A DNA stretch of 64,000 nt from Bacillales bacterium UBA1361 (GCA_002306335.1 DBRT01000030.1:13759-77758); one strand, 5' to 3'; positions 1 through 9,989 are shown, counted from the first letter of the stretch. Numbers and translations: made by a program. The notes: generated from the letters alone by a model not told the origin.

Positions 1-97
1 GAAAAATCATTAGTCATAAAGTAATTGGTGATGGGCTTTATTTACGCAAAGTAAAGTATTAGGCTTATAATAAAATAGTAGTTAAAGGAGCAAAGTT

Positions 98-814
98 ATG
101 GGAAGAGCATTTCAAGTTAGAGCGGCAAGTATGGCAAGTACCGCAGCGAAAAAGAGTGCACTTAATATGCGGGCCTCAAAAGAAATTTTTATGGTGGCAA
201 AAAGCGGAGGCACTGATCCTAATTCCAACTTAGCCTTACGCGCAGCGCTTGATAAATATCGAGCAATGGGTGCGACAAAAGATGTCATGGAACGGGCGAT
301 TAAAAAGGCGGAAGGAGATGACGCTTTTGCTTATATTCCAGGGCGTTACGAAGTGATGGGCCCAGGTGGCAGTCAACTTGTAATTGATACTTTAACTGAC
401 AATGTTAATCGCGCGATTAGTGATATTAAAGCTGTGCTTAAAAAGACGGACTCGATCTTACAAACAGTTGCTTATAACTTTACCGAAACAGGTATCTTTT
501 TATTCGCAGGCAATAATCTTGAAGAAATAACAGAGACATTAATTCTTAATGATGTTGATGTATGGGATATTAATGAAGAAGATGATGTGATTGAAGTTCT
601 TGTTAATCCGACTTCATACGGTAAAACACGCGATACATTATATTCTTTAGGGATTAAGGAATTTAACATTAGTGAAATTCAAATGATTCCTAACGATAAA
701 GTAACACTAAATGCAGAAGACACTGAAGTATTTAAACGCATTATTGATATGCTAGAAGATGTCCAAGATGTCCAAGAAGTGTATCATAATGTTAATGTGC
801 CCACTGAAGAGTGA
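98..814 (+). CDS. YebC/PmpR family probable transcriptional regulatory protein
   Basis: 238 aa ORF. RBS AAAGGAG lies upstream. The N-terminus has a DUF28/YebC-like signature (GGTDPNSN..LR, KDVMERAIKKA). Confidence 0.8.
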   Translation: MGRAFQVRAASMASTAAKKSALNMRASKEIFMVAKSGGTDPNSNLALRAALDKYRAMGATKDVMERAIKKAEGDDAFAYIPGRYEVMGPGGSQLVIDTLTDNVNRAISDIKAVLKKTDSILQTVAYNFTETGIFLFAGNNLEEITETLILNDVDVWDINEEDDVIEVLVNPTSYGKTRDTLYSLGIKEFNISEIQMIPNDKVTLNAEDTEVFKRIIDMLEDVQDVQEVYHNVNVPTEE

Positions 815-852
815 TATAATATTAGTGGCAAAATTATAAGGAGGAACTTTAT

Positions 853-1611
853 ATGCGTAGAAATGCAAATCCAATATTCCGTAATATGAATAATGATATG
901 AATCAAGCAATGACAAGTAGTGTGCCAGTTGATGTGACAGTTAGCACAGCATCATGGAGCGGCATTGCCCTTAAAACATTATTACTCGTACTCATTATGA
1001 TTGCTGCGGGACTTAGTACATGGTTTTTACCATTCCCTGTCGTCGTCGGTTTTTTAATCTTTGGTGGTATTGCTTCATTCTTCTTCGTGTTCTTCGCAAT
1101 GCGAAGTGTGAAAACTGCTCCTGTTTTAAGTGTGTTATATGCAATAACTCAGGGGATAATGTATGGCGCACTGACATTTATTGTTGAAACCTACTTCCCT
1201 GGTGTTGGTGTAATGGCACTTGTGGCGACTTTTGGCATTGTTGGTGTGATGGCTTTCTTACATAGTATTAAAGCTGTACGCGCTACACCAGGCTTAATTC
1301 GTTTTGTTTTTGCAGCCTTATTAATGGTAATGATTAGTAGTTTAGTACTTTTCATTATTAGCCGTGTTGCCCAAGATTTATATTTAAGTTATGTTGATAA
1401 TTACCCGCTGATGGTCATTGTCAGTGCATTCTTAGTCGTGCTTGGGGCGATTATGCTCATTCTTGACTTTAATAATGCTGAAACAATCGTCCAAAGCGGA
1501 GCGCCAAAAATTTATGAATGGCAAGTAAGTTTAGGGTTCTTAGTTACCCTTGTGTGGATTTATTTACAAGTCATTCGCTTTCTTCTTGTTCTCGCTCGTA
1601 ATCGAGAATAA
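853..1611 (+). CDS. Bax inhibitor-1/YccA-like seven-TM membrane protein
   Basis: 252 aa with an NPIF motif near the N-terminus and about seven hydrophobic helices. RBS AGGAGG at 839-844. Confidence 0.5.
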   Translation: MRRNANPIFRNMNNDMNQAMTSSVPVDVTVSTASWSGIALKTLLLVLIMIAAGLSTWFLPFPVVVGFLIFGGIASFFFVFFAMRSVKTAPVLSVLYAITQGIMYGALTFIVETYFPGVGVMALVATFGIVGVMAFLHSIKAVRATPGLIRFVFAALLMVMISSLVLFIISRVAQDLYLSYVDNYPLMVIVSAFLVVLGAIMLILDFNNAETIVQSGAPKIYEWQVSLGFLVTLVWIYLQVIRFLLVLARNRE

Positions 1612-1631
1612 GGAATATATGTTAGCAAAAA

Positions 1632-1666
1632 GACGGCCACTACATGTGGTCGTTCTTTCTTTATTG
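1632..1666 (+). terminator. rho-independent terminator
   Basis: 9-bp stem GACGGCCAC/GTGGTCGTT with loop TACAT, followed by a T-rich tract. Confidence 0.5.
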
Positions 1667-1757
1667 TCGCGCTTTACTTTGTAAAGAAACCTTTACGAAT
1701 TGCTTATACTGATAAAAATTCACATAAATGAAGTTATAATGCTTATAGGTGATTAAT

Positions 1758-2690
1758 ATGATAAAAGTAAAAAACTTACACAAAACATATAAAAAAGGTG
1801 TTAAGGCTGTAAATGGTCTTAATTTTAAAGTTAAAGCTGGAGAAATTTTTGGCTTATTAGGTCCTAATGGTAGCGGTAAAACGACAACGATCAACGCTAT
1901 TCTTGATTTAGTGGATTATGAAACAGGCGAAATTATTTTATTTGATAATAAATATAAGACTAAAGTTGAAGCCAAAAAGCATATCGGACTTATTACCCAA
2001 GAAGTTGGTGTCTTTAATGAATTAACAGTTAGAGAAAATATTGATTATTTCTGCGGACTTTATATAAATGATGAAAAACTCCGTGCACAATATGTTGAAG
2101 AAGCGATGGACTTTGTGCAAATTAAAGATTTTGCAAAGTTTAAACCAAAGAAACTTTCAGGCGGATTACTCCGGAGATTACATATAGCGTGCGGCATTGC
2201 GCATAAACCAACGCTTATTTTCTTTGATGAACCAACCGTTGGGATTGACCCACAGAGTCGTAATCACATCTTAGAACAAATTAAAGTATTAAATAAAAAC
2301 GGGGCGACAATTGTTTATACTTCGCATTACATGGAAGAAATTGAAATGCTATGTGACTATATTTTAATTATGGACAAAGGCCAAGTTATTGCCGAAGGAA
2401 ATTATGATGCCTTAATTGATCAAATCGATTTAGCGGAATACATTGAAATTGAATATAAAGGCGAAATGCCGCTAAAAGTTGTGACAGAAATAAATGAATT
2501 ACCAGGTATTCTTGAAGTGATCCACACTAAGGAGAAGTTAGTAATTAAGACGAGTGAAGACGATAAAGCATTTATTAAAATTATTCATATTTTAGAAAAT
2601 AACAATGTTGATTATTCGCGGGCTAATGCGAATAAACCAAGTTTAAATGATGTATTTTTGGAGTTAACTGGTAAAGAGTTACGGGACTAA
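1758..2690 (+). CDS. ABC transporter ATP-binding protein (ABC-2 type)
   Basis: Walker A GPNGSGKTT, signature LSGGLLRR and Walker B LIFFDEPTVGID. ATG at 1758 follows RBS TAGGTGA; the ORF track's earlier GTG start is less likely. Confidence 0.9.
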   Translation: MIKVKNLHKTYKKGVKAVNGLNFKVKAGEIFGLLGPNGSGKTTTINAILDLVDYETGEIILFDNKYKTKVEAKKHIGLITQEVGVFNELTVRENIDYFCGLYINDEKLRAQYVEEAMDFVQIKDFAKFKPKKLSGGLLRRLHIACGIAHKPTLIFFDEPTVGIDPQSRNHILEQIKVLNKNGATIVYTSHYMEEIEMLCDYILIMDKGQVIAEGNYDALIDQIDLAEYIEIEYKGEMPLKVVTEINELPGILEVIHTKEKLVIKTSEDDKAFIKIIHILENNNVDYSRANANKPSLNDVFLELTGKELRD

Positions 2691-2691
2691 G

Positions 2692-3858
2692 ATGAAAAGT
2701 TTATTTATTTTAAATTTAAAGAAATTACTTAAAAATAAAGAAATTGTTTTTTGGGCGTTATTATTTCCAATTATATTAAGTACTATTTTTCATATTGTGT
2801 TTGATGGTATTCGCAATCGTGATAACTTTGAAACACTTAAAGTAAATTATGTTTCCACAAACTTTACTGCCGAGGACAAAGCGTTTTTAGTTGAAGAAAT
2901 GCTCACTAACAAAGCTGAATACATTAAAAACGAAGGCACAGATAAAGCACAAACAGTAAAGATCTTTGCACTTAGCGAAAAAACTAAGGCTGAAGCCGAA
3001 AAAGAATTTAAAAAAGATAAGACCATTTATTTTTATAAGGAAGATGGGGCATTTAAAATTAAAGCATCTTCACAAAATATAAGTACCGCGATATTACAAA
3101 CATTTATTGATGACTATCAAAACTTTATTAAGGTTACGACACTCTTAGTCGCAGAAAGTAATGGTACATTATCATTTCAAGACGCCATGAATAAACATGT
3201 TGCAAGCTATGCTTATACATATGACTTTGATTCTGGTGATAAAAAAATAGATTATGTTAATAACTATCACTATACAGTACTTGCGATGGCGATAATTTAT
3301 GGGGCATTTCTTGCGACAGAACAAGCTAAAATCTTTCAACCAAATAGTTTTGCTTTTGCTAAACGCGTTACAGTTAGTGGCGCTAGTCGCACTAAATTAT
3401 TAGTGAGTGCCTTACTTAGTTCACTCGTTGTGCAAACAGCAATTATTGCGCTTTACATTGCAATATTAGTTTTCATTTTTAAAGTGACATTTGCTAATAT
3501 TGGTTTAGCGCTTTTAGCTGCATTAATTGGTGTTATTTTAGTGAATATAAATGGCTTTTTCATTGGGATTGTCTTTAATAAACTTAGTCAAAATGCAGTG
3601 ATTGCTATCATTATTTTAGCGGGTACTATCGGCGGGTTCCTCTCAGGGATGATGATATCATCAATGAAGTTTTTTGTTGGCACTAAAATGCCGCTTTTGT
3701 CTTATATAAATATCAACGCATTAATTAGTGATTCATTTGTTAGTCTTGATTTTGGTAATATGACTCGTTACTGGAATAATATGCTAGCGATGACCGTTAT
3801 CGGTGTCATTCTCTTTGGTGTAACGCTTATTAAATTTAATCGGGAGAGCAATAAATAA
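2692..3858 (+). CDS. ABC-2 family permease with large extracytoplasmic loop
   Basis: 388 aa. N-terminal TM helix, a roughly 170 aa soluble loop, then five TM helices. Translationally coupled to the upstream ATPase (stop/start 1 nt apart). Confidence 0.7.
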   Translation: MKSLFILNLKKLLKNKEIVFWALLFPIILSTIFHIVFDGIRNRDNFETLKVNYVSTNFTAEDKAFLVEEMLTNKAEYIKNEGTDKAQTVKIFALSEKTKAEAEKEFKKDKTIYFYKEDGAFKIKASSQNISTAILQTFIDDYQNFIKVTTLLVAESNGTLSFQDAMNKHVASYAYTYDFDSGDKKIDYVNNYHYTVLAMAIIYGAFLATEQAKIFQPNSFAFAKRVTVSGASRTKLLVSALLSSLVVQTAIIALYIAILVFIFKVTFANIGLALLAALIGVILVNINGFFIGIVFNKLSQNAVIAIIILAGTIGGFLSGMMISSMKFFVGTKMPLLSYININALISDSFVSLDFGNMTRYWNNMLAMTVIGVILFGVTLIKFNRESNK

Positions 3859-3859
3859 G

Positions 3860-5095
3860 ATGGGGTTTAAATTATTTTTCAAAATTGTTAAAGCAAACTT
3901 CGTTTCATTTCTCGCTTATGTTTTAATTTTAGTTGTTAGTGGTCTTATGTTTGGGTTAAGCGATAGTGGCGCCACTAATGAAGACTTTAAAATTTTAGCG
4001 CCAGTCTACTACGCAAATATTACAAATGAAACAGTCGATGACTTACCAAGTGATAACACTTTAATTTTCGATTATTTAATGGACAATAATTTAATTAGTG
4101 AAGAAAGTGATGATCCGTTTTCCCAAGGCTTTTATACATACACTTTAAACTTTGTGAATGTAAAGAAAAATATTAAGCCAAGTGAAGTAAATGACGCTAT
4201 TTATGCCGGAGTTGTGCGTGGCGCACTCATTATTCCGAAGGATTTATCAACTTTAACGCGGGAAAATGCATTATTTATTTTTCATACGAATTCGCAAGAT
4301 TTAGCGACAATAACCCCAACAAAAGCCGCCCTTAATAAGTTTATTAATACTTACCACGACTTAAAAGAAGTTAGTGCTACAGCCGGGAATAACTTATCCG
4401 CTACTGAGTTAACAAACAAAACATTAATTGCGCTTGAAAAAGAAACGGAGATAGTTTATGAAAATCCAAATCGCACAAAACTGTCGATGTTAAGCCATTT
4501 CTTTTCATTTTCAACTTACATTATGTCAGCAGTTATTATCTTGCTTGTTAGTATTGTAATGTATGAAATTAAACGCCGTGAAATATTAATGCGTATTTCG
4601 ATAACGCCCTACAGCATGCCGCGCTTAATCGTGGGCCTTATCTTTGGAGCAATAACCCTTTCGCTTCTGTTAGTAGGCCTAGTTTATGTCTTAGCAATTA
4701 TTTCTTATCCAAAAATTGCTTTAAGCATAACTGGATTATACTTAACACTTAATATTATGCTATTTACTTTACCACTTACGGCACTAGCGATGGTCATTGG
4801 CCTTGTAATTAGTAAAGCTGAAATCGTCTCCATCATTAGTACAGTCTTTGCTTTAGCGCAAGCCTTTTTCTCTGGAGCTTTTTTACCAACATTCCTCTTA
4901 CCCAAGTCGATTATTAATGTTGGGAAAGTCTTTCCCGCTAGTCATACAGTGACAATTAATAACTTGCTTGCCGAAGGATTAAATACAAACGGACCAAGCA
5001 TCTTATTAAATATCGGTATTTTACTAGCCTACTTTGCAGTATTCCTTACAATTGCCATCATTCTTAGCAAGAAAATTACGAAACGCGAAGGTTAA
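3860..5095 (+). CDS. ABC-2 family permease, paralog of the preceding gene
   Basis: 411 aa with the same architecture as 2692-3858. Start codon 1 nt after the previous stop. Confidence 0.7.
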   Translation: MGFKLFFKIVKANFVSFLAYVLILVVSGLMFGLSDSGATNEDFKILAPVYYANITNETVDDLPSDNTLIFDYLMDNNLISEESDDPFSQGFYTYTLNFVNVKKNIKPSEVNDAIYAGVVRGALIIPKDLSTLTRENALFIFHTNSQDLATITPTKAALNKFINTYHDLKEVSATAGNNLSATELTNKTLIALEKETEIVYENPNRTKLSMLSHFFSFSTYIMSAVIILLVSIVMYEIKRREILMRISITPYSMPRLIVGLIFGAITLSLLLVGLVYVLAIISYPKIALSITGLYLTLNIMLFTLPLTALAMVIGLVISKAEIVSIISTVFALAQAFFSGAFLPTFLLPKSIINVGKVFPASHTVTINNLLAEGLNTNGPSILLNIGILLAYFAVFLTIAIILSKKITKREG

Positions 5096-5150
5096 TTTCA
5101 TCTTTATGTCGGCTTATCAATTATATTGATAAATAAAATAACGAATTAAG

Positions 5151-5179
5151 TTGACAATATATTTATAATATATTATTAT
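5151..5179 (+). promoter_or_regulatory. putative sigma-A promoter of rplM-rpsI
   Basis: TTGACA at 5151-5156, 17-nt spacer, TATTAT at 5174-5179, then a roughly 60-nt leader before the RBS AAAGGAG. Confidence 0.4.
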
Positions 5180-5246
5180 TAATCACGGCATTATCTGCCT
5201 TTTGTCGTCCCGGTAAGACGAAAATTGGTAAAGGAGAAATACAAAT

Positions 5247-5702
5247 ATGCTACGTCAAACAACACATGCGAATGCTGCAACCGTTGAACGTAAATGGTAT
5301 GTCGTTGACGCTACTGATCTTCCACTCGGTCGGTTAGCGAGCGAAATCGCCATGACGCTCATGGGCAAAAACAAACCAGAATATACCCCACATGTTGATT
5401 GTGGAGATTATGTTATCGTTGTTAACGCTGACAAGGTTAGTTTAAGCGGCAATAAGCTCAAAACAAAGAAATATTACAACACCAGCCAACGTCCTGGCGG
5501 TTTACGCGTGCGGACAGCAGGTGAAATGCTCGCAAATTATCCTGTCGAAATGATGGAAAGAGCAGTGTGGGGCATGGTTCCAAAAGGTCGTCTTGGCCGT
5601 CAAATTATTAAGAAATTATTTGTCTATGCTGGACCAGAACACAAACATAGTGCACAACAACCAGTGGAACTACCCTTACGTTATATTGGAGGAAGTAAAT
5701 AA
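5247..5702 (+). CDS. rplM: 50S ribosomal protein L13
   Basis: 151 aa with the conserved L13 sequence (KWYVVDA..LGRLAS). Confidence 0.97.
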   Translation: MLRQTTHANAATVERKWYVVDATDLPLGRLASEIAMTLMGKNKPEYTPHVDCGDYVIVVNADKVSLSGNKLKTKKYYNTSQRPGGLRVRTAGEMLANYPVEMMERAVWGMVPKGRLGRQIIKKLFVYAGPEHKHSAQQPVELPLRYIGGSK

Positions 5703-6100
5703 TGGCAAAGAGAAAAGCAGAAACTTACTTAGGTACTGGCCGTCGTAAATCAAGCGTCGCACGCATTATTTTGAAACCTGGTAAAGGTTCAATTATTGTT
5801 AATGATCAAGATGTTAATGATTACATGCCTTATCAAACCTTAGTTATGGACTTAAAACAACCATTAACTTTACTTGATGTTGCCGACAAATATGATGTCA
5901 TCGCTAATGTTCATGGTGGTGGCTTTACCGGTCAAGCAGGGGCAATCCGTTTAGGAATTGCGCGTGCTTTACTTGAAGCTGGCCTTGATCGCGGTACACT
6001 TAAACGCGCGGGAATGTTAACCCGTGATGCTCGTGCCAAAGAACGGAAGAAATACGGTCTTAAAGGCGCTCGTCGTGCACCACAATTCTCCAAACGTTAA
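5702..6100 (+). CDS. rpsI: 30S ribosomal protein S9
   Basis: 132 aa with the S9 C-terminus [11 protein letters not shown]. Coupled to rplM. Confidence 0.97.
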   Translation: MAKRKAETYLGTGRRKSSVARIILKPGKGSIIVNDQDVNDYMPYQTLVMDLKQPLTLLDVADKYDVIANVHGGGFTGQAGAIRLGIARALLEAGLDRGTLKRAGMLTRDARAKERKKYGLKGARRAPQFSKR

Positions 6101-6124
6101 TATAACTACACGAGAACAAACGAA

Positions 6125-6153
6125 AGTCTGGTTCAAAATGCCAGACTTTTTCT
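6125..6153 (+). terminator. rho-independent terminator after rpsI
   Basis: Stem AGTCTGG/CCAGACT followed by TTTTT. Confidence 0.7.
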
Positions 6154-6182
6154 TATATTAAATACTTTTAATGTTAAAAAAG

Positions 6183-6211
6183 TTGCAATATGATCAATGT
6201 TGTTATATTAT
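6183..6211 (+). promoter_or_regulatory. putative promoter of tRNA-Ile
   Basis: TTGCAA, 17-nt spacer, TATTAT. Confidence 0.4.
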
Positions 6212-6229
6212 ATATTAGCGTCCGCAGAT

Positions 6230-6306
<77 letters not shown>

Positions 6307-6318
6307 TTTGCAAGTAAA

Positions 6319-6344
6319 GTCACTACTCTGTAGTGATTTTTTTG
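6319..6344 (+). terminator. rho-independent terminator after tRNA-Ile
   Basis: Stem TCACTAC/GTAGTGA followed by TTTTTTT. Confidence 0.6.
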
Positions 6345-6411
6345 TAAAGAATAAGTAAACTTCCTCTATTTACCATACATAAATGTTAAAATACGATGGT
6401 GAGGTGAAAAT

Positions 6412-8313
6412 ATGAAACAAGAACTAATTAAAAACAATTATTACGAAGCTGTTAATAAAGAATGGATTGATGCCGCAGTAATTCCTGGTGATCAACCAAT
6501 GATGTCAGCATTTTTAGAACTACATTTAGATATTGAAAAGTTATTAATGGATTTAGCGAAAAAATGGGATAAAGACCAAACAGGATTAAATAATCATCTG
6601 CAAGAATTCGTTAAGCTTTACAAAATGACGAATGATTTTGCTACAAGAGAAAAGCTCGGTGCTGAACCACTTAAACCAGTAATTAAGAAAATCTTAAATT
6701 TAAAGTCACTTAAAGACTTAGAAAAAAATATGAAAGATTTTGTGTTAGATGGAGTGGATTTACCATTTAGCTTTATGGTGTTCCAAGATTTTAAAGATTC
6801 AAATAACGAGGTGCTATATTTTACCGCTGCGAATTTATTCTTACCAGATACTTCATATTATGAAAACGAAGAAACGAAACAACAACTTATTGGGTTATTT
6901 ACAATGACGACAATGCAAGTGCTAAGTTTATATGGTTTAGAAGAAGAAGCGGCACAAGACTTATTAAATAAAGCGTTAGCGTTTGACGCGATGCTAGTGC
7001 CAGTGACGATGTCGAGTGTTGAAAGAGCCGACATGATTAAAATGTATAACCCATTATTAAAAGATGAATTTGCCAGTAAAACAAAAACATTTAATTTACT
7101 CAAAGTTGCGGAAGCATTAGTCGGGCAAGATGTTGATAAAGTAGTAGCAATGAATTTAGACTTTATTGATAAGTTTGAAGAAATTGTTAATGACGCTAAT
7201 TTTGAACTAATTAAAGCGTGGATGGTTGTCTCTAACATCCTTACATTCAGCGCTGAATTAACGGAAGAATTACGGGTTGCTGGTGGTGCTTTTGGCCGCG
7301 CTTTACAAGGTATTGCGGAAGCACAATCACAAGAAAAAGCAGCGTTTTATCAAGCTTATGACCGTCTTTCACAAGCTGTTGGGCTCTATTACGGCTTAAC
7401 TTACTTTGGGCCAGAAGCTAAAAAAGATGTTGAAGATATGGTTAATACTATTATTGGTGTTTATAAAGACCGGATTAATAAAAACACATGGCTTAACGCT
7501 GAAACAAAAGCAAAAGCAATTCTTAAACTTAACACCATGAAAGTACATATTGGTTATCCGCGTGAATTACCAAAATATTATGATAAATACAAAGTTGGCA
7601 GTTACGCTGAAGGGTCAAATTTAGTGAAAGAAAAACTTAAATATAGCCGTTTAGTGCAAAAAGAAAACTTTAAGAAATATAATAAAAAACCAAATCGTAA
7701 TTTATGGGCAATGCCAGCTTCAATGGTTAATGCTTACTATCAACCAATGAACAATCAAATCGTTTTCCCTGCTGCGATTTTACAAGAACCATATTATAGT
7801 TTAAGTCAAGGTCGTAGCGCTAATTACGGCGGAATTGGTGCAGTTATTGCCCATGAAATCTCGCACGCCTTTGATAATAATGGCGCAAAGTTTGATGAAT
7901 ACGGCTCACTTAATAACTGGTGGACAGATGAAGATCTTAAAACATTTGAAGAAAAAGCACAAAAAATGATTGCATTATTTGATGGTGTTGAATCAGGATA
8001 CGGGCCGTGTAATGGTACTTTAACCGTTTCCGAAAACATCGCTGATAGTGGCGGAATCCGCTGTGCCTTAGAAGCAAGCAAAAAAGAAAAAGATCATAAT
8101 TATGAAGAATTCTTTAAAAATTGGGCGCGTGTCTGGCGGCAAAAATCTAGTCCAGAATTTATGCAATTACTCTTAACTGTTGATGTGCATAGTCCATCAA
8201 ACTTACGTGCAAATATGCAACTTAAAAACCTCGTTGAATTCCAAGAGTTTTATAATTTAACGGAACAAGACGAAATGTATTTAGCAAAAGAGCAAATGGT
8301 TGAAATTTGGTAA
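6412..8313 (+). CDS. pepO: M13 family zinc endopeptidase (PepO/neprilysin-like), cytoplasmic
   Basis: 633 aa with HEISH zinc motif (VIAHEISHAF) and a downstream E..D. No signal peptide. Confidence 0.85.
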   Translation: MKQELIKNNYYEAVNKEWIDAAVIPGDQPMMSAFLELHLDIEKLLMDLAKKWDKDQTGLNNHLQEFVKLYKMTNDFATREKLGAEPLKPVIKKILNLKSLKDLEKNMKDFVLDGVDLPFSFMVFQDFKDSNNEVLYFTAANLFLPDTSYYENEETKQQLIGLFTMTTMQVLSLYGLEEEAAQDLLNKALAFDAMLVPVTMSSVERADMIKMYNPLLKDEFASKTKTFNLLKVAEALVGQDVDKVVAMNLDFIDKFEEIVNDANFELIKAWMVVSNILTFSAELTEELRVAGGAFGRALQGIAEAQSQEKAAFYQAYDRLSQAVGLYYGLTYFGPEAKKDVEDMVNTIIGVYKDRINKNTWLNAETKAKAILKLNTMKVHIGYPRELPKYYDKYKVGSYAEGSNLVKEKLKYSRLVQKENFKKYNKKPNRNLWAMPASMVNAYYQPMNNQIVFPAAILQEPYYSLSQGRSANYGGIGAVIAHEISHAFDNNGAKFDEYGSLNNWWTDEDLKTFEEKAQKMIALFDGVESGYGPCNGTLTVSENIADSGGIRCALEASKKEKDHNYEEFFKNWARVWRQKSSPEFMQLLLTVDVHSPSNLRANMQLKNLVEFQEFYNLTEQDEMYLAKEQMVEIW

Positions 8314-8333
8314 ACAATCAAATCTTGTAAACT

Positions 8334-8357
8334 AAGAGGGCTTGTCCCTCTTTTTTA
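8334..8357 (+). terminator. rho-independent terminator after pepO
   Basis: Stem AGAGGG/CCCTCT with loop CTTGT, followed by TTTTTT. Confidence 0.7.
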
Positions 8358-8358
8358 A

Positions 8359-8387
8359 TTGCTATTTATAAATGATTTTGCTATTAT
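8359..8387 (+). promoter_or_regulatory. putative promoter of the tRNA-Val-Thr-Leu cluster
   Basis: TTGCTA, 17-nt spacer, TATTAT, about 20 nt before tRNA-Val. Confidence 0.4.
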
Positions 8388-8407
8388 ATTACAAGGTCGT
8401 CCCTTCC

Positions 8408-8483
8408 GGACACTTAGCTCAGATGGGAGAGCGTTTCCTTCACACGGAAGAGGTCGGGGGTTCGATCCCCTCAGTGTCCACCA
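8408..8483 (+). tRNA. tRNA-Val (anticodon CAC), CCA encoded
   Basis: Acceptor GGACACT/AGTGTCC and anticodon loop TTCACAC. Aligns to Bacillus tRNA-Val with TAC replaced by CAC. Confidence 0.8.
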
Positions 8484-8493
8484 TTTATTTAAC

Positions 8494-8569
8494 GCCGACG
8501 TGGCTCAATTGGCAGAGCAACTGATTTGTAATCAGTAGGTTGTAGGTTCGAGTCCTATCGTCGGCACCA
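8494..8569 (+). tRNA. tRNA-Thr (anticodon TGT), CCA encoded
   Basis: Acceptor GCCGACG/CGTCGGC and anticodon loop TTTGTAA. Confidence 0.85.
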
Positions 8570-8575
8570 TTACTT

Positions 8576-8660
8576 GCAAACGTGGCGGAACTGGCAGACG
8601 CGCTAGACTTAGGATCTAGTGGGGAAACCCATGCAGGTTCAATTCCTGTCGTTTGCACCA
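8576..8660 (+). tRNA. tRNA-Leu (anticodon TAG), long variable arm, CCA encoded
   Basis: Acceptor GCAAACG/CGTTTGC, anticodon loop CTTAGGA and a long variable arm. Resembles Bacillus tRNA-Leu-TAG. Confidence 0.85.
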
Positions 8661-8672
8661 CGTTACTTAAAT

Positions 8673-8697
8673 TGCTCCTTAAACGGGGCATTTTTTA
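8673..8697 (+). terminator. terminator after the tRNA cluster
   Basis: Stem TGCTCC/GGGGCA followed by TTTTTT. Confidence 0.5.
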
Positions 8698-8767
8698 TTA
8701 ATTCCAATAGCGTTAGTGATAAAAAAGTGATAAAATAATGTGTAAATAGTTTAAATAGGAGTTTATC

Positions 8768-8959
8768 ATGATTAATTATGCCCAAAAGATAAGAGAGTAT
8801 CGTGAACGAAAGTTTTTGACACAAACAGAATTCGCGGCGCTTCTTGGTGTTTCTATCGCATCAGTGACGAGATGGGAAACAGGACATTATCAGCCAACAA
8901 TGAAAGTTAAGAAAAAAATATACAATTTATTAGTTGAGGCTGGAATTGAAATAGAATAA
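8768..8959 (+). CDS. XRE-family helix-turn-helix transcriptional regulator
   Basis: 63 aa with a Cro/CI-type HTH (LTQTEFAALLGVSIASVTRWETG). RBS TAGGAG. Confidence 0.7.
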   Translation: MINYAQKIREYRERKFLTQTEFAALLGVSIASVTRWETGHYQPTMKVKKKIYNLLVEAGIEIE

Positions 8960-9134
8960 AAGGAGATTAACTATTAGAGGTTAAGAAAAAAGATAAGAGT
9001 ATAGTAAAAAAACTCCACAAGGCTGTAGGTAAAATTAACAAGTAAATAGTGTAATTGTTATACCCGGAGAAAGAGGAGAATATTATCTAATCATTAATTA
9101 AACCGGGTAGGATTAGATAATATGAAATTAAGTT

Positions 9135-9989
9135 TTGAAAAACGAAATTAAATTATTTGAAGGCAAACAAATTAGAACACATTGGGATGAAGAAAAAGAA
9201 GAATAGTATTTTAGTGTTGTAGATATCATTGGCGTCTTAACAGAGAGCAAAGACCCCGGAGCATACTGGAGAAAGCTAAAACAGCGATTAAAAGAAGACG
9301 GAAGTGAAACCGTGACATTTTGTCACGCTTTGAAATTGAAAGCATCAGATGGGAAAATGCGTAACACTGATATCGCTGATATACGAGGAATTTTTCGCAT
9401 CATACAATCTGTTCCATCGCCTAAAGCCGAGCCTTTCAAGATGTGGTTAGCGGAAGTAGGAAAAGAGCGGGTTGATGAAATAATGGAACCAGAGCTAACT
9501 ATTGATCGTGCTTTACGCACATATTTAGCAAAAGGTTACACCCGTGAATGGATTAATCAAAGATTACAAGCAATATCGGTACGTAAAGAGTTAACAGATG
9601 CGTGGCAAGATCATGGTGTTAAAGCTGGTTCAGAATACGCAATATTAAGAAATGAAATTACAAAAGCCTGGAGTGGAATGACAACTAGGCAATATAAAAA
9701 TCTAAAAGGTTTAACAAAAGAAAGTTTACGAGATAATATGTCAACAACAGAAATTGTGTTAAACATGCTTGCAGAAACGGCCACTAAAGAAATTATTAAT
9801 GTAAAGCATCCTGATGGACTTGAAGAAAATATCGAGATAGCAAATGAGGGTGGGAGTGTTGCCAAAGCGGCGCGCGAAGCAATTGAGTCAAAAACTGGAA
9901 AAAAAGTTATAACGAGTAAAAAAGCACTTGATTTAGGAAGAGTAATTACCGCTATAACCGAAAAAAATGATGATGATAATGAAAAATAA
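9135..9989 (+). pseudogene. Bro-N domain (DinD/antirepressor-like) gene interrupted by an in-frame TAG
   Basis: From TTG at 9135 the reading frame gives MKNEIKLFEGKQIRTHWDEEKEE, then TAG at 9204-9206, then YFSVVDIIGVL... in the same frame through 9989. Bro-N N-terminal signature (FEG.QIR, F.v.DI..vL, FKMWLAEV). Confidence 0.5.

Noticed and set aside
8485-8691. 68 aa ORF on the minus strand
   Set aside because: Lies entirely antisense to the tRNA-Thr/tRNA-Leu genes, so it is spurious.
9122-9151. ATG-initiated 9-codon ORF (MKLSFEKRN) upstream of Bro-N
   Set aside because: Too short, and in a different frame from the Bro-N homology. Most likely part of the decayed 5' end of the pseudogene.
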